Source: Thermoanaerobaculia bacterium
GTDB lineage: Bacteria; Acidobacteriota; Thermoanaerobaculia; UBA5066
Reading direction: 5' to 3'
Assembly: GCA_038245905.1 (NCBI GenBank)
Contig: JBBRRY010000006.1
Span: 1-64,000, forward strand
Length of the DNA stretch: 64,000 nt
Shown here: positions 38,339-48,949 of the stretch, piece after piece
Layout of the letters: each line of letters opens with the position of its first letter
Numbering within the stretch: position 1 is the first letter of the stretch
The notes under the pieces: generated by a model
What the model saw: the letters and a program-made list of their open reading frames with translations, nothing else
Databases searched by the model: none
Told to the model about the DNA's origin: nothing
Program-made: the position numbers and the translations under genes

Positions 38339-39850
38339 TTGTCTCCGAACCCCTACTTTGCGACGAAGTCCATGGCAAGGCTCGAGGAAGAGATGCGGGA
38401 CGAGAACCGGCTGCGCCGGATTCTTGGCCCTGTTCAGCTCACGAGCCTCGGCGTGGGCGCGATCATCGGCGCCGGCATCTTCGTGGCGACGGGAGCCGCC
38501 GCGCACAACGTGGCGGGTCCCGCGCTGATCCTGTCCTACGTCGTCGCCGGCATCACGTGCATCTTCGCGGCGCTGTGCTACGCGGAGTTCGCGGCCATGG
38601 TGCCCGTCGCGGGCTCGGCCTACACCTACGCGTACGCCACGATGGGCGAACTCTTCGCGTGGATCATCGGATGGGACCTCGTCCTCGAGTACGCGGTGGG
38701 AAGTGCGACGGTCGCAACCGGCTGGTCGGGGTACTTCCAGGACGTCCTCAGCAAGCTGGGCTACACCCTGCCCCCGCTTTTCCGGGAATCGCCGTGGCGC
38801 TACGACGCGGCATCAGGCCACTTCCTTTCGACGGGCTCGATCCTGAATCTCCCGGCGATCGTCATCGTGGCGCTCGTCACGCTGATCCTGATCAAGGGCA
38901 TCGCCGAGAGCGCGTCGTTCAACGCCGCGATGGTCATGATCAAGCTCGCCGCCGTCCTGTTCGTCATCGGCGTCGGCGCCTTCCTCGTGGACACGTCGAA
39001 CTGGCATCCGTTCGCGCCCTACGGATGGACGGGCGTCAGCTTCTTCGGCCACCACGTCGCGGGCCAGACGGACCCCGGCGGATCGCCCGTCGGCGTCCTG
39101 GCCGGGGCCGCGATCATCTTCTTCGCCTACATCGGGTTCGACTCCGTCTCCACGCACACCGAGGAAGCGCGCAACCCGCGGCGGGACGTCCCGATCGGGA
39201 TCATCGCGTCCCTCCTTATCTGTACGATCCTCTACATCGCGGTCGTCGCAGTGCTCACGGGCATGGTCAAGTACGACCAGCTCGACATCGCCGCACCGGT
39301 CAGCCGCGCTTTTGAGCAGAAACACATGGGGTGGGCGGAGGGCATCATCGCGACGGCCGGCGTCGCGGGGATCACGTCCGTGCTTCTCGTCATGATGCTG
39401 AGCGGGCCCCGTGTCTTTCTCGCGATGGCGCGCGACGGCCTCGTGCCCAAGAGCTTCTTCGGAGCCGTCCACGAGAAGTTCCGAACGCCTTGGAAGTCGA
39501 CGATCGCGATCGGAGTCTTCGTCACGGTCATGGCGGGCTTCCTGCCGATCGACGCCCTGCTGCACCTGACGAACATCGGGACGCTCCTCGCGTTCGTGAT
39601 CGTCTGCGGGGCCGTCCTGATCATGCGCCGGACGAATCCGACCGCGAACAGGCCCTTCCGCTGCCCGTGGGTGCCGTTCGTGCCGATCATGGGGATCCTG
39701 ACGTGCCTTCTCCTCATGTTCTCGCTGCCGACGGCGAACTGGTGGCGCCTCTTCACATGGCTCGCGATAGGCCTCGTCATCTACTTCCTCTACGGCCGGC
39801 ACCACTCCGTCCTGCAGAAGGACCGCGACCGCGGCATCGTCGCGCACTGA
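38339..39850 (+). CDS. Amino acid permease (APC/CAT-like)
   Basis: GVGAIIGAGIF, LCYAEFA, GSAYTY, FFAYIGFD and AMARDGL motifs. Confidence 0.95.
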   Translation: MSPNPYFATKSMARLEEEMRDENRLRRILGPVQLTSLGVGAIIGAGIFVATGAAAHNVAGPALILSYVVAGITCIFAALCYAEFAAMVPVAGSAYTYAYATMGELFAWIIGWDLVLEYAVGSATVATGWSGYFQDVLSKLGYTLPPLFRESPWRYDAASGHFLSTGSILNLPAIVIVALVTLILIKGIAESASFNAAMVMIKLAAVLFVIGVGAFLVDTSNWHPFAPYGWTGVSFFGHHVAGQTDPGGSPVGVLAGAAIIFFAYIGFDSVSTHTEEARNPRRDVPIGIIASLLICTILYIAVVAVLTGMVKYDQLDIAAPVSRAFEQKHMGWAEGIIATAGVAGITSVLLVMMLSGPRVFLAMARDGLVPKSFFGAVHEKFRTPWKSTIAIGVFVTVMAGFLPIDALLHLTNIGTLLAFVIVCGAVLIMRRTNPTANRPFRCPWVPFVPIMGILTCLLLMFSLPTANWWRLFTWLAIGLVIYFLYGRHHSVLQKDRDRGIVAH

Positions 39851-39853
39851 CCC

Positions 39854-40168
39854 GTGAAGCGCGCGGCGCTCCTGATCCTCATGGTCGGAGCGCCGCTCGC
39901 CCTCCTCTTCTTCCCGGAGCTTCGCCGGCGCATCGCGCACAAGATGCGGTTCCTGCTGCTCTTGTGGTCGGGGGCTGTTTTGTTCTTCGGATTACTAGGG
40001 GGACCGGGGAAGAAGAGTTTCTTAGAAAGGTTAAGAGGAGAGGAAATGGGCGCGGAGACGGCCTGGGCTCTCCTCGGCGTCGCGCTCTTCGCTGCCGCGT
40101 TTGTGTCCGTTCTGCGCGATTTCCGGCGATCCTCACCTTCTAAGAAATCCTCCGGCGCGAAGCGCTAG
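39854..40168 (+). CDS. Small three-TM membrane protein
   Basis: Three hydrophobic stretches; starts 3 bp after the permease stop. Confidence 0.6.
   Translation: MKRAALLILMVGAPLALLFFPELRRRIAHKMRFLLLLWSGAVLFFGLLGGPGKKSFLERLRGEEMGAETAWALLGVALFAAAFVSVLRDFRRSSPSKKSSGAKR
40006..40153. repeat. Inverted pair of dispersed elements
   Basis: GAGTTTCTTAGAAAGG (core 40019-40027) and TCACCTTCTAAGAAATCC (core 40138-40146). Confidence 0.85.
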
Positions 40169-40173
40169 TTCTT

Positions 40174-42492
40174 CTACTCGAGCGAGATCCGGTCGATTCC
40201 GATCCCGAGTGCGCGCGCGTCCTGCGAGGCGCCCGCATCCTTCGGGACCGTCGTCGGGACGCGAATCCCGAGGCGGACGGGCTCCGGACCCGAGAGGGCG
40301 CGCACGGCCTCGGGCGGGAGCGTGAGAGAGACTTCGCCGAGGCCCGGAGCGACGCGGAGCGTCCCCGCCGGAATGCCGCCGACCTGGACGGCGACGTCTA
40401 CGGGCGTCGCCACCGCGCGCGCGCGGAGCACGAGGCGCGCCGGTGCAAAGCCGGGCACGGGCGAGAAGACGATCGAGGCGTCGCCCGTCGTCCAGCGGAG
40501 ATCGAGGCCGCTGTCTCCGATCCTCTCTCGGCCGAAGAAGCCCACGGGATCGAACCGGCCGTCGTCCGGCGCTCCCAGATCGGCGACGAGCCTGGCTGCC
40601 TGCCGCGTCCAGAGCGCCTCCGGCGGGTAGGAGAACGTCGCCTCTCGAAACGAGAAGCAGCCCCGGGCGGGCCGTGTCGCGCCGTCGAGGACGGGGAGAT
40701 TCCAGGGGCGATCGCACGCGATCACGTATTCCGCGGGTCCCGGCATCGGCCCGAGCACCGCGCGCGGGACGATTGCGAGGTCGAAGGGGCCCGGAGCGAT
40801 CCGGCGCGTCAGGATCTCCCGGCCCGAGACCGCCTCCGTCACGCGCAGAGTCGTTTCCCCTGCCTCGGCCGGGCGGTCGCCCGAGAGCACCGCGCAGAGG
40901 GGACCCTGGTCCGCGGGAACATAGAGATGCGCGGTCGGCCCCGCCCAGCGGAAAGAGGCCAACGCGGGTGCCGACTCCCGCACGCCGAACCCAGGGCCGA
41001 AGAGCGGCGGAGCGGGGTCGCGTACCGCAACGTTGAGCAGCCGCCGGTTTCCAAGGGCCTCGGCCACGCGGCCGCCGCGCGTCCACGACCGCCAGGCCGG
41101 ATCGGTGACGTCAGGCGCTCCCGGCTCCCCCGTGAAGTCCGCGAGGCGCACGAGCCGCTTGTTCATCTGGCGCGGCGCCTGCACGAGCTCTGCGTCCGAA
41201 TAGCCCCACACGACGAGGCGTCCTTCCCACCGCTCGGTCCTGAGAAACGCGTGAAAATCGGGATCGGCCACGATCGTCTCGCGACCGGGATGGACGTAGC
41301 GTTCGAGCATCCGGATCGCCGCCATCGGCGGGGTCTCCTCGCGCGCGCTGGCCCGCACTTCCGGCCACGTCTCGCGCGCGAACAGGAACGCGACGAGGCA
41401 CGCGGACCCGAACGCGAAAACGCCCCGCCGGAGAAGAACCTCGAGCCCGGCGCCGACGGCCAGGAAGAGCACGAGGACGAAGGGCACGGAATAGCGCGAC
41501 ATCGCGCGGCTGTGGAGCAGCCACAGGGAGAGAAAGAGCGGCACGAGGACGAGGGCGAGATCCACCGCGCCACGGCGCCTTCGGAGGGCGAGCACGACGA
41601 GGCCCACGCCCGCGACCGACAGGACGGCCACGGCGCGACGCCACGAGAGAAAATCTCGCACGAGGAAGGAGTCGAGAAGCGTGCCCACCGTGCCCGTCGC
41701 GAGCGCATGCGCGCGGAATCCCGCGCGTTCCGAGAGCGACACGAAGAGCCCCGGCGCACCGCCCGCCTGAGCGAAGAGCCAGACACCCCACGCCGCCGTG
41801 CCGGCCAGAGAGGACAGGACGAAGGTCCATGCCGCGTCGGCCCGGCCCGGACGCGCCATGATCCGGATCGTCCAGACGAGGAGGAGCGGGAAAAAGCCGA
41901 GCAGGAGGTGCGGCCTCACGCCGCAGCCCGCGGCCGTGAGAAGCCCGGCCGCGAGGGCGAGGAGGCGGGCCCGCCGGGCGGAGACGAGATCGCGCCAGCG
42001 CGTCTGGTTCGGCGAGCGGCGCTCTTCGGCATTCGCGAGACAGGCGAGCGCACCGAGGAACAGGGCCGTCGCCGGCGTGTCGGAGAAGGCGCGCCCGCCA
42101 TTGACCCAGACGACCGGAAGCGCATACGCGAGGACGACGCCCGAGAGCGCCGACCAGCCGCCGACGACGCGGCGCCCCCAGAGATAGAGCGCGGGCACGC
42201 TGCACGCGGCGAGCACCGTGGACGCCGTCGCGAGCGCGTTGAACGGCGTCACGCAGAACGCCAGCAGGGCTCGACCCATCAGGATCCAGAGAGGAAAGCC
42301 CGGTGCCTGGGGCGAGAGGTCGAACAGGTCGAAGCGCGAGACGGCCCCGGAGAATATGGCCTCGTCGATCTCTCCCGGCGAGTTTGCCAGCGCGAAGAAA
42401 CGAGAAGCCGCCACGGCTCCGACGACGAGCGCCGCGAGAACGAGGGGCGGCTCGCGGCGCCGGTCGCCGACCCGCCCGATGCGCCTCAACAC
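40174..42492 (-). CDS. Large membrane protein with GT-C-like N-terminus and soluble C-terminal domains
   Basis: EIDE...PQAPGFPLW motif, about 10 TM helices, and soluble domains with FRWAG / LRWTTG repeats. Confidence 0.7.
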   Translation of the reverse strand: MLRRIGRVGDRRREPPLVLAALVVGAVAASRFFALANSPGEIDEAIFSGAVSRFDLFDLSPQAPGFPLWILMGRALLAFCVTPFNALATASTVLAACSVPALYLWGRRVVGGWSALSGVVLAYALPVVWVNGGRAFSDTPATALFLGALACLANAEERRSPNQTRWRDLVSARRARLLALAAGLLTAAGCGVRPHLLLGFFPLLLVWTIRIMARPGRADAAWTFVLSSLAGTAAWGVWLFAQAGGAPGLFVSLSERAGFRAHALATGTVGTLLDSFLVRDFLSWRRAVAVLSVAGVGLVVLALRRRRGAVDLALVLVPLFLSLWLLHSRAMSRYSVPFVLVLFLAVGAGLEVLLRRGVFAFGSACLVAFLFARETWPEVRASAREETPPMAAIRMLERYVHPGRETIVADPDFHAFLRTERWEGRLVVWGYSDAELVQAPRQMNKRLVRLADFTGEPGAPDVTDPAWRSWTRGGRVAEALGNRRLLNVAVRDPAPPLFGPGFGVRESAPALASFRWAGPTAHLYVPADQGPLCAVLSGDRPAEAGETTLRVTEAVSGREILTRRIAPGPFDLAIVPRAVLGPMPGPAEYVIACDRPWNLPVLDGATRPARGCFSFREATFSYPPEALWTRQAARLVADLGAPDDGRFDPVGFFGRERIGDSGLDLRWTTGDASIVFSPVPGFAPARLVLRARAVATPVDVAVQVGGIPAGTLRVAPGLGEVSLTLPPEAVRALSGPEPVRLGIRVPTTVPKDAGASQDARALGIGIDRISLE

Positions 42493-42536
42493 CGCCCGAG
42501 TGTTTCATTTTTCGGGCTGACAAGGAAACGGTTACA

Positions 42537-43931
42537 ATGACGCTCGATGTCGATTCGACATCCCGCGGGATGAGCATTCCCCGCATCCTGCCTCGCGCCG
42601 AACATCCGATTTCGCGCGGCTATATCGACCCGGACGCACTGCGCGTCCTCTACCGGCTGCACCGCGCCGGCTATAAGGCGTACCTCGTCGGCGGATCCGT
42701 GCGAGACCTCATGACGGGGCGCACGCCCAAGGACTTCGACATCGGCACCGACGCCAAGCCGCAGGAAGTCCGGCGCCTCTTTCGCAACTCGCGCGTGATC
42801 GGGCGGCGCTTCCGCCTCGCGCACATCCTCTTCGAAGGCGGAAAGATCGTCGAGGTGTCGACGTTCCGGAAGACTCCCACCGCGGCCCAGGGCGAACAAG
42901 GGGAGGAGGGCGAGGAGGATCTTCTGATCCGCTCGGACAACACGTTCGGCACGCCGGAGGAGGATGCGCTCCGCCGCGACTTCACGATCAACGGACTCTT
43001 CTACGACATCGCGACGTATGCCGTCCTCGACTTCGTAGGTGGCGTCGAGGATCTCGAGCGGCGGGTCGTGCGCACGATCGGCGACCCCCTCATCCGCTTC
43101 CGTGAGGATCCGGTCCGGATGCTTCGCGCCTGTGAGTTCGCGGGGCGCCTCTCGTTCGCGATGTCCGAAGACGTCCAGGGCGCCATCGCCGAGCTGAAAC
43201 GAGAGGTCACGAAGAGCGCCGCGCCGCGCGTCACCGAGGAGCTCCTCGATCCCTTGAGGCGCGGGTGGGGACACGACACGTACCGCCTCTGGTCGGAGGC
43301 CGGCCTCCTCGACGCGCTCCTGCCGGAGCTCGGCGGCGCCGGCGCCGCCCGCGCGGCGGAGGGAACGGCCGGGAGCCTTCTCTTCGCCCTCCTCCGCGAA
43401 ACCGATGCGCGGCAGTCCGCCGGAAAGAGACTCGAGGACGCCGCCCTTCTGTCCGCCATCTTCCTTCCCGTCGTCTTCGACGCCGTGCGCCGCCGCGGCC
43501 CTTCCGCACCCGCCGGCCCGGGGCAGATCCTGCCGGTTCTCGAGGATGCGGTGAATCCGCTCGGGATCCGGATGGCGCTTCCGAATCACGTGACACAGAC
43601 CGTCAAGCACGTCCTCGAGACGCTCGGACGGCTCACGAGCACGCGTCCTGCGGATCCCGGTGTACGCCGCCTAGCCGGCAGGCCTTACCTGAAAGCCTCG
43701 GTCGCGCTGCTGTCGCTCTATGCGCGCGCCTCGGGCCGCTACCGCGAAGCTGCCGCGGCCTGGGACGAGGCCGTCGAACGCGGCTTCGGAGCGCATGCGG
43801 TTGGCGCGCCGTTCCCCGATGCGTTCGGCCCCCCGCCCGAGCCGTTCCCGTCCGTCCCGGACGGCCGGACCCCCATCCGCAAACGCCGGCGCGGCGGTCG
43901 CCGCCGCAAGCCGCAGGCCGCGCCGGCCTGA
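42537..43931 (+). CDS. pcnB: Poly(A) polymerase I
   Basis: YLVGGSVRD, PKDFDIGT, the PAP signature VIGRRFRLAHI, RRDFTINGL and EDPVRMLRA; basic C-terminal tail. Confidence 0.92.
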   Translation: MTLDVDSTSRGMSIPRILPRAEHPISRGYIDPDALRVLYRLHRAGYKAYLVGGSVRDLMTGRTPKDFDIGTDAKPQEVRRLFRNSRVIGRRFRLAHILFEGGKIVEVSTFRKTPTAAQGEQGEEGEEDLLIRSDNTFGTPEEDALRRDFTINGLFYDIATYAVLDFVGGVEDLERRVVRTIGDPLIRFREDPVRMLRACEFAGRLSFAMSEDVQGAIAELKREVTKSAAPRVTEELLDPLRRGWGHDTYRLWSEAGLLDALLPELGGAGAARAAEGTAGSLLFALLRETDARQSAGKRLEDAALLSAIFLPVVFDAVRRRGPSAPAGPGQILPVLEDAVNPLGIRMALPNHVTQTVKHVLETLGRLTSTRPADPGVRRLAGRPYLKASVALLSLYARASGRYREAAAAWDEAVERGFGAHAVGAPFPDAFGPPPEPFPSVPDGRTPIRKRRRGGRRRKPQAAPA

Positions 43932-43934
43932 CGC

Positions 43935-44699
43935 TCAGCGCGCTCGGCGCTTCAGCCAGTCGGCGAGGTCGGACTCGAGACGCGGATAGTCGGCGCGCAG
44001 CTCTTCGCGCATGGCCTCTTCGACCGTCGCGTTTTCAGCGAGTCTGTCGAGGAAATGCGCGAGAGCGCCGAAGCCGCGGGTGTCCCGAAGCATCTCGGCC
44101 GCCGCCAGCGAGACCGCATACCCGCTGCGGGCCTGCGCCGCGGAGAAGCCCGCAAATCCGCCCTCGAGGGCGGACAACGAGAACGTACCGCGTGCGGCGT
44201 AGCCGCCCGCAAGCGCGGACGCGTAAGGTGCCGCGCTCTTTCCCTCCTCGACCTGGGCGAGACCCTCTTGGAGCCAAGTCGGAGCGCGTCCCTTCGCCCG
44301 AAAATGGACAAAGCTGTGCGTCATCTCGTGCCGGAGGACGGAAAGGAGCTCCGGCGTGACGCCCGTGATGCCGCGCGCCGGCACCCGCACCCTGCCGTCG
44401 AAGAGGCCGTTCGCCCACGACGGTGCATGTGTCACAGCGTGAAAATCACGCTCGGCATACACGATGACGACGACCTTCTCCGGGGGACCCGTGCCGAAGT
44501 CCCGGACGAGATCGGCATAGGCCTGCTCGAGCGCCGAGAGCAGGGTGCGCTCGAGACCCGCTTCGACACGCTGACCGTCGTAGACGAGGAGGATGCTCGA
44601 GCTCGCGCGCTCCGTGAAACGCTCCTCGACGTGCTGCGCCGTCGCGGACGCGGCCGCGAGTGCGGCGAACGCGAGGATCACGCACAAACCGGAGCGCAT
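43935..44699 (-). CDS. Secreted peptidase MA-like zinc metalloprotein
   Basis: Signal peptide; HEMTH (HExxH) followed by PTWLQEGLA. Confidence 0.8.
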   Translation of the reverse strand: MRSGLCVILAFAALAAASATAQHVEERFTERASSSILLVYDGQRVEAGLERTLLSALEQAYADLVRDFGTGPPEKVVVIVYAERDFHAVTHAPSWANGLFDGRVRVPARGITGVTPELLSVLRHEMTHSFVHFRAKGRAPTWLQEGLAQVEEGKSAAPYASALAGGYAARGTFSLSALEGGFAGFSAAQARSGYAVSLAAAEMLRDTRGFGALAHFLDRLAENATVEEAMREELRADYPRLESDLADWLKRRAR

Positions 44700-44730
44700 G
44701 CCCTCATGATAAGCCTCCCCGGAAGTTGAC

Positions 44731-45714
44731 TCAGCGCGGCGCGAGGACCCGCAGCTCGATCGAGACGACGTCGTCCAGTCCGCGCCCGGACAACGCGACG
44801 AGGCGCGGCGCGGGCCCGGATACGTCGAGGGCGGGAGAATCGGAAGAAGAGCTTTCTGCGAATGAAAATACAGAGACCACGCCGCTCCGGGAGGTCACGA
44901 CGACGACCGCGGCGGGCGAGACGTCATTGCTCGGAAAGAGACGAGAAACGGGAAGCCCGCCCGGACCCGCAAGGCCTCGAAGCTCCATCATGCTGAATTT
45001 CTTAGAAGGTGAAGAGGGAGTCGTGACCGTGAGCGCCGCCGGTGCCGGCGCTGCGGCTTCCCGTCTCCCGCCAGTCCTCTCCTGAAGTGAATCGTCCGCT
45101 GGTGCCGACGCCGACCTCTTCACGTACGTCGTGCCGCCTTCCAAAGAGCCCCACGTCTGTTTGCCCTTTTCGTCGAAACCCCGGTTCCACTCGGTGAGCT
45201 CGTCCTTCGAGAGGGTCACCTGGGAGGTCATTCGCACGGCGGCTCTGAGGTGCGACGGGCAGTCCTTGCCCGGCGTGCCGCCTTCCCAGCGTTCGCCGGC
45301 CCTCCTCAAGACGATCTCGCATCCGGGCCTCTCGCGAACATCGTTCGCGCCGTAAAGAGCGAGAGTCGAGGGGTCGCGCCACTTGCCGCGCACGATCAGA
45401 GGGTCCTTTGGGTCGAACGCGCGCAGGCGCACGACCTCCCCATCCTCCTCGAGGCCGTAGAAGCGCTGAAACCACGGTTCGCCGACCTTCGGAAGGGCGG
45501 CTTGTTCACGATAGAGAACGGAGGCTCCGTTCGCGATGCGGCTCCTCGGGACCGACACGACCACGATTCGCTCGACGGTACCGCCCGCGGCGCCCTCCTT
45601 CGACTCAAAGGTGCCGGTCATCCAGGCGGCAACCTCCGCGGCCCGGGTCTCGGCGTGGGCGACAGGCCCGGCGGCGAGGAGGAGCACGGCGGCGGCGGCC
45701 CAGCGCGCGTTCAC
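44731..45714 (-). CDS. Secreted CpcT/CpeT-like protein with an extra C-terminal domain
   Basis: Signal peptide; WMTGTF, LYREQA, PWFQRFY, GCEIV, GKDCPS and WNRGFDEKGKQTWGS resemble T-type chromophore lyases. Confidence 0.75.
   Translation of the reverse strand: MNARWAAAAVLLLAAGPVAHAETRAAEVAAWMTGTFESKEGAAGGTVERIVVVSVPRSRIANGASVLYREQAALPKVGEPWFQRFYGLEEDGEVVRLRAFDPKDPLIVRGKWRDPSTLALYGANDVRERPGCEIVLRRAGERWEGGTPGKDCPSHLRAAVRMTSQVTLSKDELTEWNRGFDEKGKQTWGSLEGGTTYVKRSASAPADDSLQERTGGRREAAAPAPAALTVTTPSSPSKKFSMMELRGLAGPGGLPVSRLFPSNDVSPAAVVVVTSRSGVVSVFSFAESSSSDSPALDVSGPAPRLVALSGRGLDDVVSIELRVLAPR
44995..45020 (-). repeat. Dispersed element copy
   Basis: GAATTTCTTAGAAGGTGAAGAGGGAG; 20-bp identity with the fmt copy. 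A degenerate copy lies at 44854-44862. Confidence 0.85.
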
Positions 45715-47549
45715 TCTTCCTCTTCCTCCGTGGGCGCGCCCCGCTTCTCGGACACGCGGCGCATGGAATGGTCGAGGATCCTCTTGCGCAGGCGGATCGA
45801 TTTCGGCGTCACTTCGACGAGCTCGTCGTCCTCGATCCATTCGATGGCGAGCTCGAGAGGCATCAGGCGCGGCGGCGTGAGGCGGATCGCGAAGTCCGAG
45901 CCCGACGAGCGCATGTTCGTCAGGTGTTTCTTCACACACGGATTCACGACGAGGTCGTTCGGGCGCGCGCTCTCGCCGCAGATCATCCCGCCGTAGACCT
46001 CAATGCCGGGCGGAAGAAACAGCGTCGAGCGCTCCTCGAGCCGCTCGAGAGAGTGAGCCGTCGTCTCGCCCGCCTCCTTGCACACCATGGCGCCGCGGCC
46101 TCGGCCCGTCACCTCGCCCTTGAACGGCTCGTAGCCGTGGAAGTTGTGGTACAGGAGCCCCTCGCCCTTGGTGTCCGTCAGGAACTCGTTGCGGTAACCG
46201 AAAAGACCGCGCGTCGGGATGTGAAAGTCGATGCGTACGCGGCCGGAGCCGTGATTCGTCATGTTCGTCATCTCGGCCTTGCGCTGGCCGAGCTTCTCGA
46301 TGACGGTCCCCATCGACGTCTCCGGGACGTCGATGACGAGATGCTCGATCGGCTCGCAGCTCCGCCCGTCGACTTCCTTGAGAATGACCTGGGGGCGCGA
46401 GAGGGCGAACTCGAAGCCTTCGCGGCGCATCGTCTCGACGGTGATCGCGAGGTGCAGCTCGCCGCGGCCCGACACGCGGAACGAGTCGGGGCTGTCGGTC
46501 TCCTCGACGCGCATCGCGACGTTCGTGCGGAGCTCCTTCTGGAGGCGCTCGCCGATGTTGCGGCTCGTGACGTACTTGCCCTCGCGGCCGGCGAAAGGCG
46601 AGTCGTTCACGCGGAACATCATCGACACCGTCGGCTCGTCGACGTTGATCGGCGCGAGCGCGACGGGGTTTTCGAGGTCGGCCAGCGTCTCGCCGATCGT
46701 GACTTCGTCGATGCCCGAGATGACGACGAGGTCGCCGGCGATCGCTTCCTCGACCTCGGCGCGCCGCAGCCCCTCGAAGGCCATGAGCTTCGCGATCTTC
46801 GCCTTCGTGATGGAGCCGTCGAGCTTGCAGACCGACACTTGCTGCCCCGGCTTCACCGTGCCGTTCACGATGCGCCCGATGAGGAGCCGGCCGAGGTAGT
46901 TGTCGTAGTCCAGCGAGGCCACGAGGATCTGTAGCGGGGCCGCGGGATCGCCGCCCGGCTCGGGCACCTCGACGATGATCGCGTCGAGCAGAGGCCGCAC
47001 GTCCGTCTCCGTGTGGTCCACCTCGCGGCGCGCGAAGCCGTGCTTGGCTGACGTGTACACGATCGGGAAGTCGAGCTGCTCGTCCGTGGCGCCGAGGTCC
47101 ACCATGAGGTCGAACACCTCGTCGATGACCTGATGGGGGCGCGCGTCCGGCCGGTCGATCTTGTTCACGACGACGATCGGCTTGAGCCCGAGCTCGAACG
47201 CCTTCCGGAGGACGAAGCGCGTCTGCGGCATCGTGCCCTCGGCGGCGTCGACGACGAGGAGAACCGCGTCGACCATCTTGAGGACGCGCTCCACCTCGCC
47301 CCCGAAATCGCTGTGGCCCGGCGTGTCGACGATGTTCACCTTCGTTCCGTGATAGCGGATCGACGTGTTCTTCGCGAGAATCGTGATTCCGCGCTCTTTC
47401 TCGAGGTCGTTGCTGTCCATGATCCGCTCGGTGCCCGAGACAGCCTCGTTCGCACGGAAAGTGCCGGACTGTTTCAGGAGGCAGTCCACGAGCGTGGTCT
47501 TGCCATGGTCGACGTGCGCGATGATCGCGATGTTGCGGATTCCGGACAT
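45711..47549 (-). CDS. typA: Translational GTPase TypA/BipA
   Basis: [44 protein letters not shown] and [12 protein letters not shown] motifs. Confidence 0.98.
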   Translation of the reverse strand: MSGIRNIAIIAHVDHGKTTLVDCLLKQSGTFRANEAVSGTERIMDSNDLEKERGITILAKNTSIRYHGTKVNIVDTPGHSDFGGEVERVLKMVDAVLLVVDAAEGTMPQTRFVLRKAFELGLKPIVVVNKIDRPDARPHQVIDEVFDLMVDLGATDEQLDFPIVYTSAKHGFARREVDHTETDVRPLLDAIIVEVPEPGGDPAAPLQILVASLDYDNYLGRLLIGRIVNGTVKPGQQVSVCKLDGSITKAKIAKLMAFEGLRRAEVEEAIAGDLVVISGIDEVTIGETLADLENPVALAPINVDEPTVSMMFRVNDSPFAGREGKYVTSRNIGERLQKELRTNVAMRVEETDSPDSFRVSGRGELHLAITVETMRREGFEFALSRPQVILKEVDGRSCEPIEHLVIDVPETSMGTVIEKLGQRKAEMTNMTNHGSGRVRIDFHIPTRGLFGYRNEFLTDTKGEGLLYHNFHGYEPFKGEVTGRGRGAMVCKEAGETTAHSLERLEERSTLFLPPGIEVYGGMICGESARPNDLVVNPCVKKHLTNMRSSGSDFAIRLTPPRLMPLELAIEWIEDDELVEVTPKSIRLRKRILDHSMRRVSEKRGAPTEEEEE

Positions 47550-47616
47550 GGGACCTGCTTTCGAACCGCGGGACCGGATGAGTCGGCCTCGGCGCGGAGG
47601 AGAGAGGTTACCAGAG

Positions 47617-48210
47617 TTACTTTTTCCGGAGGCTGCTCGTGAGGAAGGGCACGAAGTCCTTCCCGGCCGGCGCGAGGTCCATCGAGAGCGCGAGCTCGCC
47701 GTCGGCCTTGTGCGCGAACAGCATCCGCGCCTTCGTTCCGGCCTCGGCATTCAGCAGTTCGCGGGACGTGAGACGTGCGCTTTCCGCCGCGACTTCGACG
47801 TCGAACGTGGCGCTGATGCCCGTCGAAAAGAAATACGACGCGACGTAACGGCGTTTCTCGCGGTCGTAGGCGAAGTACCCCACTTCCTCGATCGTCTCTT
47901 CCTTGCCGTCGTCAGCGGTCAGAATCGTGCTTCCCCGGTGGACGAGGTAGTTCCCGGAGGATTCCGGCGTGAAGCGCGCGACCCGGCCACCTACCCGAGT
48001 CCCCGACTCGGCGACTCCCGACCAGGACCCCACGAGGAAACCCAACTCCTGAAAAGGGCGCCAAGCGGGCACCGCCGCCGTGGGCGCGGCGGCGGCCGTG
48101 GACGGAGCCGGAACCGCCGTCGCCGGGCCGGGAGCCGCCGGGTTCTGAGCCGCGGCCGGGGCCGCGAGAATCAGCGCCAGGAACCCTGAACGGGCGGATC
48201 GGGTCCGCAT
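47617..48210 (-). CDS. Secreted hypothetical protein (beta-barrel/THAP4- or DUF1579-like)
   Basis: Signal peptide, P/A linker, [10 protein letters not shown]; upstream TATAAT and GGAGG. Confidence 0.65.
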   Translation of the reverse strand: MRTRSARSGFLALILAAPAAAQNPAAPGPATAVPAPSTAAAAPTAAVPAWRPFQELGFLVGSWSGVAESGTRVGGRVARFTPESSGNYLVHRGSTILTADDGKEETIEEVGYFAYDREKRRYVASYFFSTGISATFDVEVAAESARLTSRELLNAEAGTKARMLFAHKADGELALSMDLAPAGKDFVPFLTSSLRKK

Positions 48211-48307
48211 CTGGGATTTGTCCTCCTCCGGAACTCTTCTGCGATTATAGACTTACGCGTCACGGAACCGATCCGGCCACTTTCTCGTTATGAACTTCTG
48301 AGGACCC

Positions 48308-48949
48308 ATGCCGCCTGCGCCCCACCCCGATGCCGAGCTCGTCACCCGCTGCCAGCGGGGCGACGACGGCGCCTGGGCGGACCTCGTGGCCGCCTACGGA
48401 AAAAAGGTCTACGGGATCGCCTGGCACATGACGTATGACCGCGCGGAGGCGGAGGAGCTGACTCAGGACTGTTTCCTGAAAGTCTGGCAGAACCTCGACC
48501 GGTACGAGCCCACCGAGGCCTCGCTCCTCGCCTGGATCGCCGCGCTCTCCCGGAACCTGTGCATCGATCACTATCGCCGGAGGAAGAGGGAGAAAGGCTT
48601 CTCGTTCCTCTCGGACGACGCCGTCTCCGCGCTCCTGCCCTCGACGGACGACCCGCAGGCCGACACCGTACGAAGAGAGCGCGTCCGGATGCTGCTCGAC
48701 GCAATCGGCGAACTGCCGGACGAGCTCGCCGAGGTCGTCATCCTGCGCGATCTCGACGGCCTCGACTACCGCGAGATCGGCGACCTCCTGAAGCTCGCCG
48801 ACGGCACGGTGAAGTCGCGCCTGAACCGCGCGCGCATCGAGCTCGCGCGCCTCGTGCGGGGGCGCGTCGGGGCCTCGGAGGGAGATGGCCGGTCGCTCTA
48901 TTCGCCGTTTGCCGCACGCCCTACGACCGCCACGGGGGGCGCGCGATGA
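48308..48949 (+). CDS. ECF RNA polymerase sigma factor
   Basis: AEELTQDCFLKVW, RNLCIDHYRR and LDYREIG...GTVKSRLNRAR motifs. Confidence 0.94.
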   Translation: MPPAPHPDAELVTRCQRGDDGAWADLVAAYGKKVYGIAWHMTYDRAEAEELTQDCFLKVWQNLDRYEPTEASLLAWIAALSRNLCIDHYRRRKREKGFSFLSDDAVSALLPSTDDPQADTVRRERVRMLLDAIGELPDELAEVVILRDLDGLDYREIGDLLKLADGTVKSRLNRARIELARLVRGRVGASEGDGRSLYSPFAARPTTATGGAR

